Shown in pieces: positions 19,496 through 29,900 of a stretch of DNA of 64,000 nt. Location of the stretch: the NCBI GenBank assembly GCA_965263035.1, contig OZ253580.1, positions 1,568,001-1,632,000 of the forward strand, in the 5' to 3' direction. The translations under genes were made by a program, and so were the position numbers. The notes under the pieces are model-generated. The model saw nothing but the letters and a program-made list of their open reading frames with translations, was not told the origin of the DNA and made no database searches. Every line of letters starts with the position of its first letter. The stretch's first letter is position 1. This DNA comes from Acidobacteriota bacterium. GTDB lineage: Bacteria; Acidobacteriota; UBA6911; RPQK01; JAJDTT01.

Positions 19496-19518
19496 CCACC
19501 CGGCGGGTGGCTTTTTTT
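19496..19518 (+). terminator. Terminator-like hairpin plus T-tract
   Basis: CCACCC-GGC-GGGTGG followed by CTTTTTTT; no adjacent plus-strand gene, so function is uncertain. Confidence 0.3.
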
Positions 19519-19519
19519 G

Positions 19520-19684
19520 GCAGGACCGACTTTCCTGTCGCCTGCTGGGAGAGGCGGCTTTCTTGCCGCCTATTGGGACAGGCGATTTTCTTGTCGCCTG
19601 CTCCGGAACGAGGAAGAGGACGAAGAGAAGCGGGGACACCGTCCCTACCCCCCCTGGTCGGCGGCAAGAAAGCCGCCGCTCCCA
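19520..19684. repeat. REP family A cluster (three direct units plus one inverted; REPIN-like)
   Basis: Units at ~19520-19542, 19546-19570, 19574-19598 and inverted 19660-19684. The reverse complement of 19574-19684 aligns with 54978-55078. Confidence 0.85.
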
Positions 19685-19836
19685 AGTTTGACACGTATTG
19701 GGGGCTTCGCTATCGTGAGTCCTCCCCGGCGACCGGCCATCCTGGGCCATGTTCATCCCAGCGTGAACCGACGGGTCCGGGATAACTCGCGGACGGTGGC
19801 GCTCCAGTCCGTAGGAACCGATTCAGGAGAGTCCTA

Positions 19837-20634
19837 ATGACAGACGGAAAGACCAAGACCCTGCTCGTCATCACGGCCCACCCGGCCGACGCCTTCGATC
19901 TGGCCGGAGGAACCATTGCCCTGCACCGGCAACGAGGAGACCAGGTGCACGTGGCTTCCGTGACCCACGGAGCCCGCTCCCACGCCCCCAGCATCTACGA
20001 CGACAAGCAGGAAGCTCTGGACGAGGCGGCGGAGGCCCGGCTGCTCCAGGAGATCATCCAGGAGAAGAAGCAGGAGTTCGAAGCCGCCGCCCGGGCGGTC
20101 GACGCCACCGCGACCCACTTCCTGGGAGAGGACGACGAGCCCTTCGTGGCCACTCGAAGCACTATTCTGCGCCTGGCGGAACTCTACCGGACGGTCCGGC
20201 CCGACATCCTGATCACCCATCACCGCACCGAGCAGAACCATCACGACCACCCGGCCGTGGGAGACGTCTCCGTTCGGGCGTTGGTTACTGCCGCACGGTG
20301 GCTGGAGGGCTCGCGGCTGGAGCCTTACGACGTGCCGACCGTCTACTACTACGGCACCCAGGACCGCCGCGACGTGCGGATCAATCGCGGCACCGTGGGC
20401 GTGGCGGCCACCCACATCATGGACATCGAGAGCGTGGTGGACCAGAAACGGGAGGCCCTAAAGGCCTTCGCCACTCAGAAGTACCAGGGCAAAGGCTACT
20501 CCACACCCGAGTATTTGAATCGCCGCCTCGAAAGCGTCGAGGGCCACTACGGGCTCTTCAGCGGGTGCCGTTACGCCGAAGAGTTCATCGCCCGCGGGCC
20601 CCACGTGACCCGGCTGCTCCCCTCGGTCCGCTGA
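19837..20634 (+). CDS. PIG-L/LmbE family deacetylase-like protein
   Basis: VITAHPADAF..GGT, SVTHG, RPDILITH, HHDH, KREALKAF; RBS AGGAG. Confidence 0.82.
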   Translation: MTDGKTKTLLVITAHPADAFDLAGGTIALHRQRGDQVHVASVTHGARSHAPSIYDDKQEALDEAAEARLLQEIIQEKKQEFEAAARAVDATATHFLGEDDEPFVATRSTILRLAELYRTVRPDILITHHRTEQNHHDHPAVGDVSVRALVTAARWLEGSRLEPYDVPTVYYYGTQDRRDVRINRGTVGVAATHIMDIESVVDQKREALKAFATQKYQGKGYSTPEYLNRRLESVEGHYGLFSGCRYAEEFIARGPHVTRLLPSVR

Positions 20635-20925
20635 TCCGGACGGAGGGAGAATCCCCGGTCGCCCGGAGTCCCCGCCGTGGGAGACTTGTGGGGCTCGTCT
20701 CAAACACGTGTGGCGGGGGGACTATGTCCGTCAATTCCAGTTGGCGGACGTCAGTCGGCGAAGTCTATCTGCTCCGCGGATGTTCCGTGCCTTCAGAGGC
20801 GAACGTTTTCTGTTCGTGTCTTGGTGCGACGGAATGGCCCTGAGCCAAGCCTGGAACGACTCCTCGACCGGACCGCACAGCTCAGCCGTCCGCATATTGA
20901 AACTCCGGCAGAGGGAGATTCGCCC

Positions 20926-23900
20926 TCACTCCTTCACGATGATGTTGCTCGAATACATGCCGAGTTCGCCGTCGATCCGAATCTCCGCCACCAACCGGTA
21001 TTCGCCCGCGTTGGTCGGCGTATACGCGCAAATTTCCCCGGTCCTTTCGGTTCCCGCGATATCCGTCCATTCGGCATTCGGCGTCGCTCGACTCTGCCAC
21101 TTCGAGCTGACGACGGCGTAGTGAACGCCATTGAAGACGACGTCCTCCATTCCGATACAGCCACTGCTCGAAATGGGACCGACAGTCAGCTCCGCGGACG
21201 AAACCGAGAATAGCCCCAGCAACACATACGGATCGGCTCCGGCGCCCACCCGCTCGAAGACCACAATCCCTGCATCCTCCGTATCCAGGTATGCGTGCCG
21301 GCCGTCGGGGCTGGAGGCGAGGTTTCGAGTGTGACCGAATTCGGGAACCGGATGGTTGAAGCGGTCCGCCTGCCATGGAGCAACGTGGTCGGTGGCCTCG
21401 AGGGAATCGGATTCCGGCTGCCATTGCACGCCAAAGGCCATATCCATGCAGAAGACGTCCACGGCGGAGGTCCCCTTTCGGACCCGGGCGAATCCGCAAC
21501 GGTTGTTCCAATGGTCCCACGGCCACGACTCTCTCCAGAACGGCGGCAGGATGCCGAGCTCGCGTGGATTGGAAGGGTCGTCTTCCAATTGGAAAACTCT
21601 GGTCCTCTTGCCGTTGTCGTCAAAGACGAACAGGTTCCGGCCGTCGCTGCTGATCGCCAATGCTTCGGCGCGCCACGTCAAACTTGTGCGATACGCCGTC
21701 TGCGTGAGTCGACCCGTGTTGGCGTTGCGTCGGAAGACGAGCAGCGAGGAGTCCGTGACCGCATAGACATGGCTGCCGCCATTGGAGATCACGGCACGCT
21801 TGAGTCCGAAGACCTCCACGGTCTGGACATGCCGCAGATCTCCCTCCGCATCCAAGGCCAGGACCTGCAACCGACCTGCGGAGGGAAGTACCGCGTTCAC
21901 GAACGAGCCGGCTTCGTCCATGAACACGTCGCCGAAAACGCCGGTGCCGCACTCGGAGGCGTCCGGCGGATCCCCGCTGATCGAAGTCGTCCCCTCGTCC
22001 TCAAGTTCCCGCTGCGTTTCATCGAGCGGTGCGAACCTGCGCCAAGTCCCACAGCGATGGGCATAGAGTTGGTCTCGATGCGGGTCCCAGATCAGAGAGG
22101 TGTCTTCGAGACCGTCGTCTTCCAATAGTTGAACAAACGTGAGGCCTCCGGTCCTCGGATCTCGTTCGAAGACCTGCAGTCCCAGCTTCGACGCCACGTA
22201 CAGAGCCGTGCCGCGGCCGTTGAATGCCAAACTGGACGGCCCGCTGAGCTGCACCGAAGTTCCGCTGGCGTCCAGGTCGCCGTCGGCCAGGCGCGCAGCG
22301 TACTTGAGCCAGACCGGCGCTTCGGTTTCGCCCCAGTGCATCGTGAACTCGCCGCCGCCGTCCCGGCCGCGGGCACCCAGCCGGATCGCGTAACGGCCCC
22401 CCTCCTCGGCATGAAAAATCACCTCGATGCCGTCCGACTCGACCCCCTCCGGCTGATGGCTGCTTCTGACGAACTCAAGCCCCCCAAACCCGTCACCATC
22501 TTCCTTGTAGACGGTCAGTACCCACGGACCGTCGATTTCGTCCAACCGGAAACGATGCCAACCGGTAGCGGAGGCTCCATAGTTCCACCAGAGCGACGAA
22601 TGGCCCAGGACGGAACCCCGCTCGCCGCGCTCGAGGGTGGCGAAACGGTTCGATCCGGAGATGGATCCGGCAGTTCCCGGGATTGTTTCGGCGCTCGCCA
22701 GACGGTCGTTTCCGGGGGTCGGTCCCCAGATGATCATTCCGGAGGCAATGTCCTGCGAGTATGCCGTGACGTCTCCCGTCCGAAAGCCGGCCGCGATCCA
22801 ATACCGTTGTCCGCCCACGGCCTCCACCACGAAATCGGAGGGCGCCGTGTCCGGCCCGGTCCGGGCTACGAGTTGCAGGTCTTCGCTGGAGGTCCCGGTG
22901 AACATGGTGACCCGCAACTTCGCGTAGGTCGGAAACACTTCTCCGGCATCCGTGAGACGCCAAGTGTAGAAGCCGTCCTCGGGAGCGTCCCACACCCACC
23001 ACTTGGTTCGGACTCCAGTTTCGGGGGGTTCCCCCGGCTCCACAGTTGAGTCGCTATCGACGTCGATACGGTGTTGCGACGGTGGTGCATTGTCGATTCT
23101 CTCTGCGCCCGCGATATCGTCGTTGGGTGGGAAATAGGCGTCGTCCGAGTCATGCCACCACAGTTTGTACGGACCGCTGGGCGAATCGGCGCCCGGCGCG
23201 ACGACGGCGATACGATATTCTTCTCCGTGCCCAGTGGCGAATACAGTGTCGATGGAAGGGTAGCCAGAAACCAGCCGGAGTGAGGCAATGCCGTCCCCCT
23301 CGAAGACCAAGGCACGACTTGGGTACACGGTCGCGAACCTCCATCGGCCGTCGTTGGGAGCCGTCCACCTGTACCAAGTGGTGCCTGCCGCGGACCCGAA
23401 CCACTCGCCGGGCTCCAGCGTGGCCCCCCGGCTGGTGCCTTCAACGATACCATCGGCTCCCTCCAACAACGTGGCATGCGCGAAATCGTCGTTCACGGGG
23501 CGGGACGCCTGAGACCACTGGAGAGTCAGAGCAGTTGCTCTTTGGAGGTTGCTCACGCGGACTCGATACGCATGACCCTTTTCGGCAAAAAACAATGCTC
23601 CCCACTGATCGGACGCGACCCGCTCCAAATCGGAGATTCGATCGCCTCGGAAGACATCGATGCGATCGTTGCGCGGGCCAGCCCCTTCCCCATGCCCGGG
23701 GATTTCGAAACGGACCGGACCATTGGCCGGCGACGTCCACCGGTACCAGACCGAACCGGCGGGCCGCCCGTCTCGCGGCATGAACAACGGCTCCCCCGGC
23801 TCCGGCGTCGCCAGCAGCAGATCCAACCGGTGGGACCCTCGTTCGCCTCTGATGACGGCCGCCGCCGCGAAGTCGTCGTGCGCAGGACGCTGAGCAGTAT

Positions 23901-26610
23901 CAAATTGGCCTATCCCATCGGAGCCCACTTTTACCGAGACTGACTCCCCTTTCGCGTTCCAGGCGCTGGCCGTGAAGTACAGCTGAATCGCACCCGATGC
24001 CCCTTGGGACGAAATCACGAAACTGACCTCCTGGGTTTCACCCGTAGCGATCTCTCCAAGAGGGATCGATGATCCGAGAGGGATCGGCGGATCCACATCG
24101 TCCGACAAATCCACCGAAACTCCATCCTCGCGAGACACGTCCATAGAGTGGATTCGGATCTGCTCGCATCCGGAAGCCTCTCCGGCGCCGCGGCAGTCCA
24201 GGTGCAGCCGACTCCCGGCCGCCACGTAACCGTCCGCGGTCACCGTCACGGTCAGCTCCTGTTCCCCCTCGCCCACGAGGAGGGTCCGATCGGTTGCGAC
24301 CCTCAGGTTCGGGGTGGATGCGCCCCGGATCACCGTCCACGCCAGTGCCGCCCTGGGCGGTGCCGTGTAGACCCGCCGCGCCACTACCTTCGCCCGATAC
24401 GTGCCCGGCTGGGGATTCCTCAGGATGATCCACTCCACGTTGTCCACGCGGGAAGCGGAGACCTGCTCACCGCACGGTTCCTCCCCGCAGTCGCCGTCCC
24501 GATCCAGCCACAGGTCCAAGTCATTCAAGACCGTGCTGGCGATGGTGTCCGCCGGCGGTTCATCCCAGGTCATCACCAAGTCGAGGCGGCTGGCGCCTGC
24601 CGGCACCTCGATGTCCCGGTAGGCGTGCTCCCCCTGCTGCAACTCGGAAACCGCGCCGCCACCGATCCAGCCACAGGTCTCATCCCGGTTGAGGATGCTG
24701 GTGCGTGCTGAAACCTTGCCCAGTCCGTACTGCGAATGCAGCGTCCCGGGGCCGCCGGTGTTGGTCGAGGGGAAGCCGTCCGGAGTGTCCAGCCAGGGGT
24801 CCGGCCGGATAGCTCCGGCCATGAGTCTCGCCCGGGCCAGGGCCGGGTGTTCCTGGTGCTCCGGGGCGGCATCCATCAACAGGGCGGCCACGCCCGCCAC
24901 CGTGGGGGAGGCCATGCTGGTTCCGTTGGACGCCCGATACTCGCCACGGCTTCCGCCGCCGCGGGCCGAGTGGACTCGAACACCGGTAGCCACGACCTGA
25001 GGCGCCAGGCGCCCGTCCGCCGTGGGTCCATGGCTGCTGAACCACGCGATGTCGCCGCTGTCCAGAGCGGCGCCCACGGAGAGGGAGTTTTTGGCGGTCC
25101 CATAATTGGAAAAGCCACTGATGCCCGAGTTCGCTTGCGCAACCACGTACAGTTGGCGGTGGCCCCAGACGATGGAGTCGAGCTTACGTGCCTCTGTTCC
25201 CCTGCCGGCGAAGGTCCTGGAGCGTGCGCTCAAACTCATGTTGACGATCAGGGGCTTGACGGGAACGGAGGGTCGCCCTCCTTCGGCACATTCGGTCGCA
25301 ACAGCCAGGAAATCCATCCCTCGATGGATGTCGTCAAAAAGCCCAAATCCACCAAGAGACAGCACTTTCGCGAAGCGGACATGCCTTACATCGGGTGCCA
25401 TGCCGGCGAAACGCGGCTGGACGGTACCGTTGCCGGCAATGGTCCCGGTGACATGGGTCCCATGGCCGCCTTCATCGATCCACAGATCCTCAGCCTCGCG
25501 GAGCGTTCCGTCGGGTCCCCCGAGACCCCACACGAAGTTGGCGCCGCAGATGCTTTCCCGGTTGGAGGCGATGTCCAGGTGATTGATGTTGAGCCCCGTG
25601 TCCATGACGCCGATGGGGACCGAAGCGCCGCCCATCCCCGAAAAGATGCCCGGGGAGCCGTCGTACGTTCGCAGCGCGTCCGCGCCCATGGCGGGAACGG
25701 ACGTGTCATGAGCCGGCCGCACGATCCCGACCGGCTCGACCGCCAACACGTAGTCCGCCGCCGCGACGGCTTCCAGTTCAGCGTAGGTCACGTTGGCCGT
25801 ATAGACTCGGACATCGGGGTCGAACCGGCCGACGACGGCGCCCAGGTCTTCCAGCGCTTTCCGCCACCGGCCGTCAGCATCGTCCGCCATCAGGGTGATG
25901 AACACGGGAACCTGCTCCTGAGGGGGCGCCTCCGACACCTCACGGGCAAAGTCCTCCGGAAGCTTTACCTCTGGCGGGACGGCTCCCAGCCCGTCGACTT
26001 CCGGCAATGCCGCAATTTCCCGCAATAGGGCCGGGTCTCCCGGCAGATGCGCGCGCAAGAGTTTGCCCGAGGAACCGAGGGCTGTGGCGCCCAAGTCGGA
26101 GAGCGGCCCCACCACGTCGTTCGGTCTCGCCTCCTCAGCCAGCCGGATCCAGCCGAAGGACCAGTCCCGCCCGGCGGCAGCCGCCTGAGCGGCGAGCGCA
26201 GCGCTGGAATCGTCCGCTCCCAGCCAGTCCGGACCCGGACGCGAGAGCTCGTCTCCGGTGTCGATTTCGATCGCGATTCGCGCCCTGGGCATCTCCCCGT
26301 GGTAGGAAACGAAGGAATATCCGTCCGGCGGAGAGGGAAGCGTGTCCTCCACGGACCCCTCGGCGGCGGGGAGGGCTTCAACAGTTCGGGGTGCGGCCTG
26401 AATCTGGGGTTCCTGGACGGCACCGCGACTTTCGGCTTCGATTCGGGCCATGGCGGCCCGGATCGCCCCAGCCTCTCCGGTCAGGGCCGGCTGTTGCTTT
26501 TTACCAGGCGCCGCATAGTAGGCGATCAGCCCCGCCAGAACCGTGACAACGGCCACCGCCACCAGGACTCGGATGGTCTTCCGTCTTGTTTCCCGCATGA
26601 CGAAGCTCAC
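20926..26610 (-). CDS. Large exported S8 (subtilisin-like) serine protease with repeated beta-sandwich domains and a beta-propeller
   Basis: N-terminal TM/signal; triad motifs VMDTG, GHGTHVTG, NGTSMASP; post-catalytic DLDLWL..DNVE domain; four Px(N/H)D(D)xAxA...(S/T)xW(Y/W)xW repeats; lactonase-like propeller. Confidence 0.9.
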   Translation of the reverse strand: MSFVMRETRRKTIRVLVAVAVVTVLAGLIAYYAAPGKKQQPALTGEAGAIRAAMARIEAESRGAVQEPQIQAAPRTVEALPAAEGSVEDTLPSPPDGYSFVSYHGEMPRARIAIEIDTGDELSRPGPDWLGADDSSAALAAQAAAAGRDWSFGWIRLAEEARPNDVVGPLSDLGATALGSSGKLLRAHLPGDPALLREIAALPEVDGLGAVPPEVKLPEDFAREVSEAPPQEQVPVFITLMADDADGRWRKALEDLGAVVGRFDPDVRVYTANVTYAELEAVAAADYVLAVEPVGIVRPAHDTSVPAMGADALRTYDGSPGIFSGMGGASVPIGVMDTGLNINHLDIASNRESICGANFVWGLGGPDGTLREAEDLWIDEGGHGTHVTGTIAGNGTVQPRFAGMAPDVRHVRFAKVLSLGGFGLFDDIHRGMDFLAVATECAEGGRPSVPVKPLIVNMSLSARSRTFAGRGTEARKLDSIVWGHRQLYVVAQANSGISGFSNYGTAKNSLSVGAALDSGDIAWFSSHGPTADGRLAPQVVATGVRVHSARGGGSRGEYRASNGTSMASPTVAGVAALLMDAAPEHQEHPALARARLMAGAIRPDPWLDTPDGFPSTNTGGPGTLHSQYGLGKVSARTSILNRDETCGWIGGGAVSELQQGEHAYRDIEVPAGASRLDLVMTWDEPPADTIASTVLNDLDLWLDRDGDCGEEPCGEQVSASRVDNVEWIILRNPQPGTYRAKVVARRVYTAPPRAALAWTVIRGASTPNLRVATDRTLLVGEGEQELTVTVTADGYVAAGSRLHLDCRGAGEASGCEQIRIHSMDVSREDGVSVDLSDDVDPPIPLGSSIPLGEIATGETQEVSFVISSQGASGAIQLYFTASAWNAKGESVSVKVGSDGIGQFDTAQRPAHDDFAAAAVIRGERGSHRLDLLLATPEPGEPLFMPRDGRPAGSVWYRWTSPANGPVRFEIPGHGEGAGPRNDRIDVFRGDRISDLERVASDQWGALFFAEKGHAYRVRVSNLQRATALTLQWSQASRPVNDDFAHATLLEGADGIVEGTSRGATLEPGEWFGSAAGTTWYRWTAPNDGRWRFATVYPSRALVFEGDGIASLRLVSGYPSIDTVFATGHGEEYRIAVVAPGADSPSGPYKLWWHDSDDAYFPPNDDIAGAERIDNAPPSQHRIDVDSDSTVEPGEPPETGVRTKWWVWDAPEDGFYTWRLTDAGEVFPTYAKLRVTMFTGTSSEDLQLVARTGPDTAPSDFVVEAVGGQRYWIAAGFRTGDVTAYSQDIASGMIIWGPTPGNDRLASAETIPGTAGSISGSNRFATLERGERGSVLGHSSLWWNYGASATGWHRFRLDEIDGPWVLTVYKEDGDGFGGLEFVRSSHQPEGVESDGIEVIFHAEEGGRYAIRLGARGRDGGGEFTMHWGETEAPVWLKYAARLADGDLDASGTSVQLSGPSSLAFNGRGTALYVASKLGLQVFERDPRTGGLTFVQLLEDDGLEDTSLIWDPHRDQLYAHRCGTWRRFAPLDETQRELEDEGTTSISGDPPDASECGTGVFGDVFMDEAGSFVNAVLPSAGRLQVLALDAEGDLRHVQTVEVFGLKRAVISNGGSHVYAVTDSSLLVFRRNANTGRLTQTAYRTSLTWRAEALAISSDGRNLFVFDDNGKRTRVFQLEDDPSNPRELGILPPFWRESWPWDHWNNRCGFARVRKGTSAVDVFCMDMAFGVQWQPESDSLEATDHVAPWQADRFNHPVPEFGHTRNLASSPDGRHAYLDTEDAGIVVFERVGAGADPYVLLGLFSVSSAELTVGPISSSGCIGMEDVVFNGVHYAVVSSKWQSRATPNAEWTDIAGTERTGEICAYTPTNAGEYRLVAEIRIDGELGMYSSNIIVKE

Positions 26611-26873
26611 CTGCTGAGAGGCGTCAGCTTCAACGTCAACAAGGTCTTTCCGTTCTGTTCGATTTCCATGGATCGCACGGCCAGGACGGATTGATCAAGG
26701 ACGACCTGGAGTTCGTCGTTCGGGAATACACGTAAGGAGCGAGGTTTCTTCGGGCTGGTCCGCAATCGGACTTGACGATGAAGGTCGCGCCGCCGTGTCC
26801 GCAACTCTTTCATCCGATCCAAATTCCGCGATTCAGCTGATGGTAAAGGCACTCTGGACTCGAGTTGTACCAA
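26607..26873 (-). CDS. Small hypothetical protein or gene remnant
   Basis: 88-aa ORF whose stop overlaps the subtilase start (GTGA). Signal-like sequence upstream is in other frames. Confidence 0.3.
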   Translation of the reverse strand: MVQLESRVPLPSAESRNLDRMKELRTRRRDLHRQVRLRTSPKKPRSLRVFPNDELQVVLDQSVLAVRSMEIEQNGKTLLTLKLTPLSR

Positions 26874-26936
26874 CGGCCAAGCTCAAGAGAAAGGAGGACC
26901 GCCGTCGTTCCGGACCACTTGAAGTTCACGTTCATA

Positions 26937-29900
26937 TCAACGTCCTTCCGAACCGGCCTCACACTTCCACACACACAACTGTATATTCTCGGTTTCTTCC
27001 AACACGCAGTTTCTCTGGCACCCCTGGACGTCATTTTGAGCAGTCTTGGGCACCGAGAAGTATCTGGCGCCGCGTGTCGGTATGTCGTGATCTATCTGCA
27101 TACAAACGACGGACAGCCGAGTAATTGCCGAATTGGAGTTGGAATACACTGGTGACCCGGCTCTTCGCCCCAACAACGCCACGGCTTCCGCGAAATTGGG
27201 AGAAGAGTGGGCGGAGACGGTCGCCTGCGATTTGAGGATCTGTGGGTGGAATTGGACTGGAGCCGCAGGGGAGGGCTCACCCCTTCTGGCTGCCGATACC
27301 TGGCCTGCTCCGACGATCATCATCCTCTGATTGCTCCCGTCCTTGGGCTCCAGCCAGTCCCCCGGACTGTAAGCAGCGGTCTGCAACCCGGGGTTGTTCA
27401 CAAGAAACGTCTGCACGTCGTCCCCACCGATCCTCCGGGTGCCGACGGCTGCTGCGACCTCGAGCCCCGACCGGTCCTCACCGGATGCTTGCGGCGGATC
27501 GTCCGGAAGCAATAGTTCCTCCGGAAATTCGTCGACATTGATGCTGTCGCCGGCAAAGTCGACAAATCCTTCAATGACAGTCGGAAGGAAACCCTCTTTT
27601 GTGATCGTAAGGGTGAATTTGGCGGCCCCGTCGGAGGTGAATGTCAGGTCAAAGACCCATGTGCTTCCGAATATTCCCCTCTGGAAATCATCGAGAGATT
27701 CATAGAGACCTGAATCCTCTCCAGAGCTAGACGTGTAATCAAAATTGATCGTTATTACAGCTCGGTTGCGGCCTAACTTTTCATACCCTTGCGTGTTCAG
27801 ATACGTAAGACCTTCAGAGTCGCCGCTAAAAAGTCGCTCATAAGAGTCTCCGAACAGTGTCCGTTCCCAACTACTGGAGAATCGCTCTCGATACCAATCC
27901 TCCCAGTCTTCAGGGGCAGCATCCGTTTCGATGGCGATAGCAGCAGACCAGGACGGTGGAATGGGCAGCAATATCGGCTGTGCTCCAAGCGTCAAATCCG
28001 CATGGAGGCTCCCCGGCCAGACGACGGCGTTACCATTAGGGTCGGTAGTCGTTACCCGGACATTTCCAGAAGGTTCGAAATCGAGGGTAAACACCCAGGT
28101 GTCGCCAGCCCGCTGTTTGAAGGTGAGCACTCCTTGGGTGGGTCCAGTGTTTTCGTAGGTGTAGTCGCCGTAGTATTCGCCCACATCGCCGTTAGCGTCA
28201 ATCATGAGCCTCCGGGCGACACCCTGTTCCGGCGGATCGCCCAAGAGGCAATTCCCAAAGCACAATCCAGGGATGAAATCATCTCTGCCGTAAATCAGCG
28301 CGTTGAATTCTTCCTGGTTTCGCGGCGCCCGTTCTGGATCGGTTTCGATTGGCGGCGGGTCAAGATCTTCCTCGGTCCGAGGTGCCGAGCGCGGCATCCG
28401 AAAGCTCCTGTCGAACGGCACATTCGTGTTGACCCCGGCATCGAAACACTCGTCAATGAACGATCCCGCGGTTAAGGATGAAAATGCCAAAGTGATCTCA
28501 CAAGAGCCCTGTGACGGATCGTCGAACTCGAGGAAAATCCTGCCGGTGTCTGGCCCGGTGTCCTCATATTCGCAGTTAGCGTCCAGAGTCTGGCCGTTGC
28601 TGGTATGCCGGCAACGCTCCCGCGTCAGGAACCGGAAGTTCCGTTCGGGAGTACCGACAGGCTGAGGCCCGAACCGGTCGAGGGGACCTTCAGGATCCTT
28701 CGGAGCATAGTCCGCCGTGGGAATCCCCGATACCGGCGTCGACCACCCGCAGTCCCCTTCTGCATTGATGGGACGGACGCGGACCTGATATCCGATTCCG
28801 TTGGTCAGATCCGCATAAATCATGCCGGTGATGTTGCGGCCAAGGAACGTACGGCCGTCACCCCAAACCCCGCTGGTTCCACGGCGTATTTCCGTCTCGT
28901 ATCCCAGCACTCGCGCGTGTCCGATCAGGTCGGATAGCGGGCTCCATCTGAGGGTCAGACGTCCGTCGCTGTGATTCACTCGAAAACTCGATGGCGGCCC
29001 ACATGAGGGGACCAGATCCCCGATCTGAATCGTGACGTCGATAGTGTCGCTGTTGCCGCCGTCGTCCTCGACGCCAACCGTGACGGTGTATCGATTCTTG
29101 ACCTCGTAGTCGTAAACGACGCTATCCCGCGTGCGGATCTGCCCTGTCTCGGGAAGGATGACAAAGCTCTCGGAATCGGTTCCACTGATGGTGTAGGTGA
29201 GCGAATCGCCGCCCACGGCGGAGACGGGGTCACCCACATTGATGCCGGGTGGAGTATTTTCCCAGATTCCTCGGGTGGCGGACTCACCCTCGGAGAATTC
29301 CACCTGATTGCGGTCCACGCCATCCCTGATTTCTATTGTTCCAGTAGCGGAATCGTAAACGGCCTCCCGGGTGTTGCTGGGACTGCTTTCGTCAAAGAAA
29401 AGCAAATGGGTCATTCGAAGCCCGGGCCAGGACGGCAACCATTCGTTGCTGGTCCTCCGGCACACGGTCTCCGACTCGAAATTTTCCAGGCGCCCGAGTG
29501 ACTGTGTCTTGATGTAGGCCGTGCTCTGCCGGTCGGCCTCAGCATTGGCGAATTCGCATCCTTTCAGCTTCCCAAGCAGCATATACGCCATCGTGCCGGC
29601 GTCTGAATCATTGGTGTACCTTGTTGGAACTCCCCAAATCCGACCATTGTCATTCAGAGTGACAGCGGCGTAGCCGGACGGCGTGGATGATTCGAACTCC
29701 TCCCGGGTGGCAGTCTCTCCGCCGCTCCCTCCTTCTCCTCCTCCGTCCGAGACCTTGATCATTGGGACCGCCGAGAGCGAACCCGTCCGCTTCCCGAACC
29801 TGAGGCCGAGGGGTGCGAACGGAGAACCGTCCTCGGTCCGCAGGAACAGGAGACCTCGAAAGTCCCTCAGGAATTCCGTGTCGACTCCCTCCACATCGAA

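Noticed and set aside
19520-19684. Possible mini CRISPR array
   Set aside because: Units are nearly adjacent with no unique spacers of regular length, one is inverted, no cas genes are present, and the same unit is dispersed as a REP.
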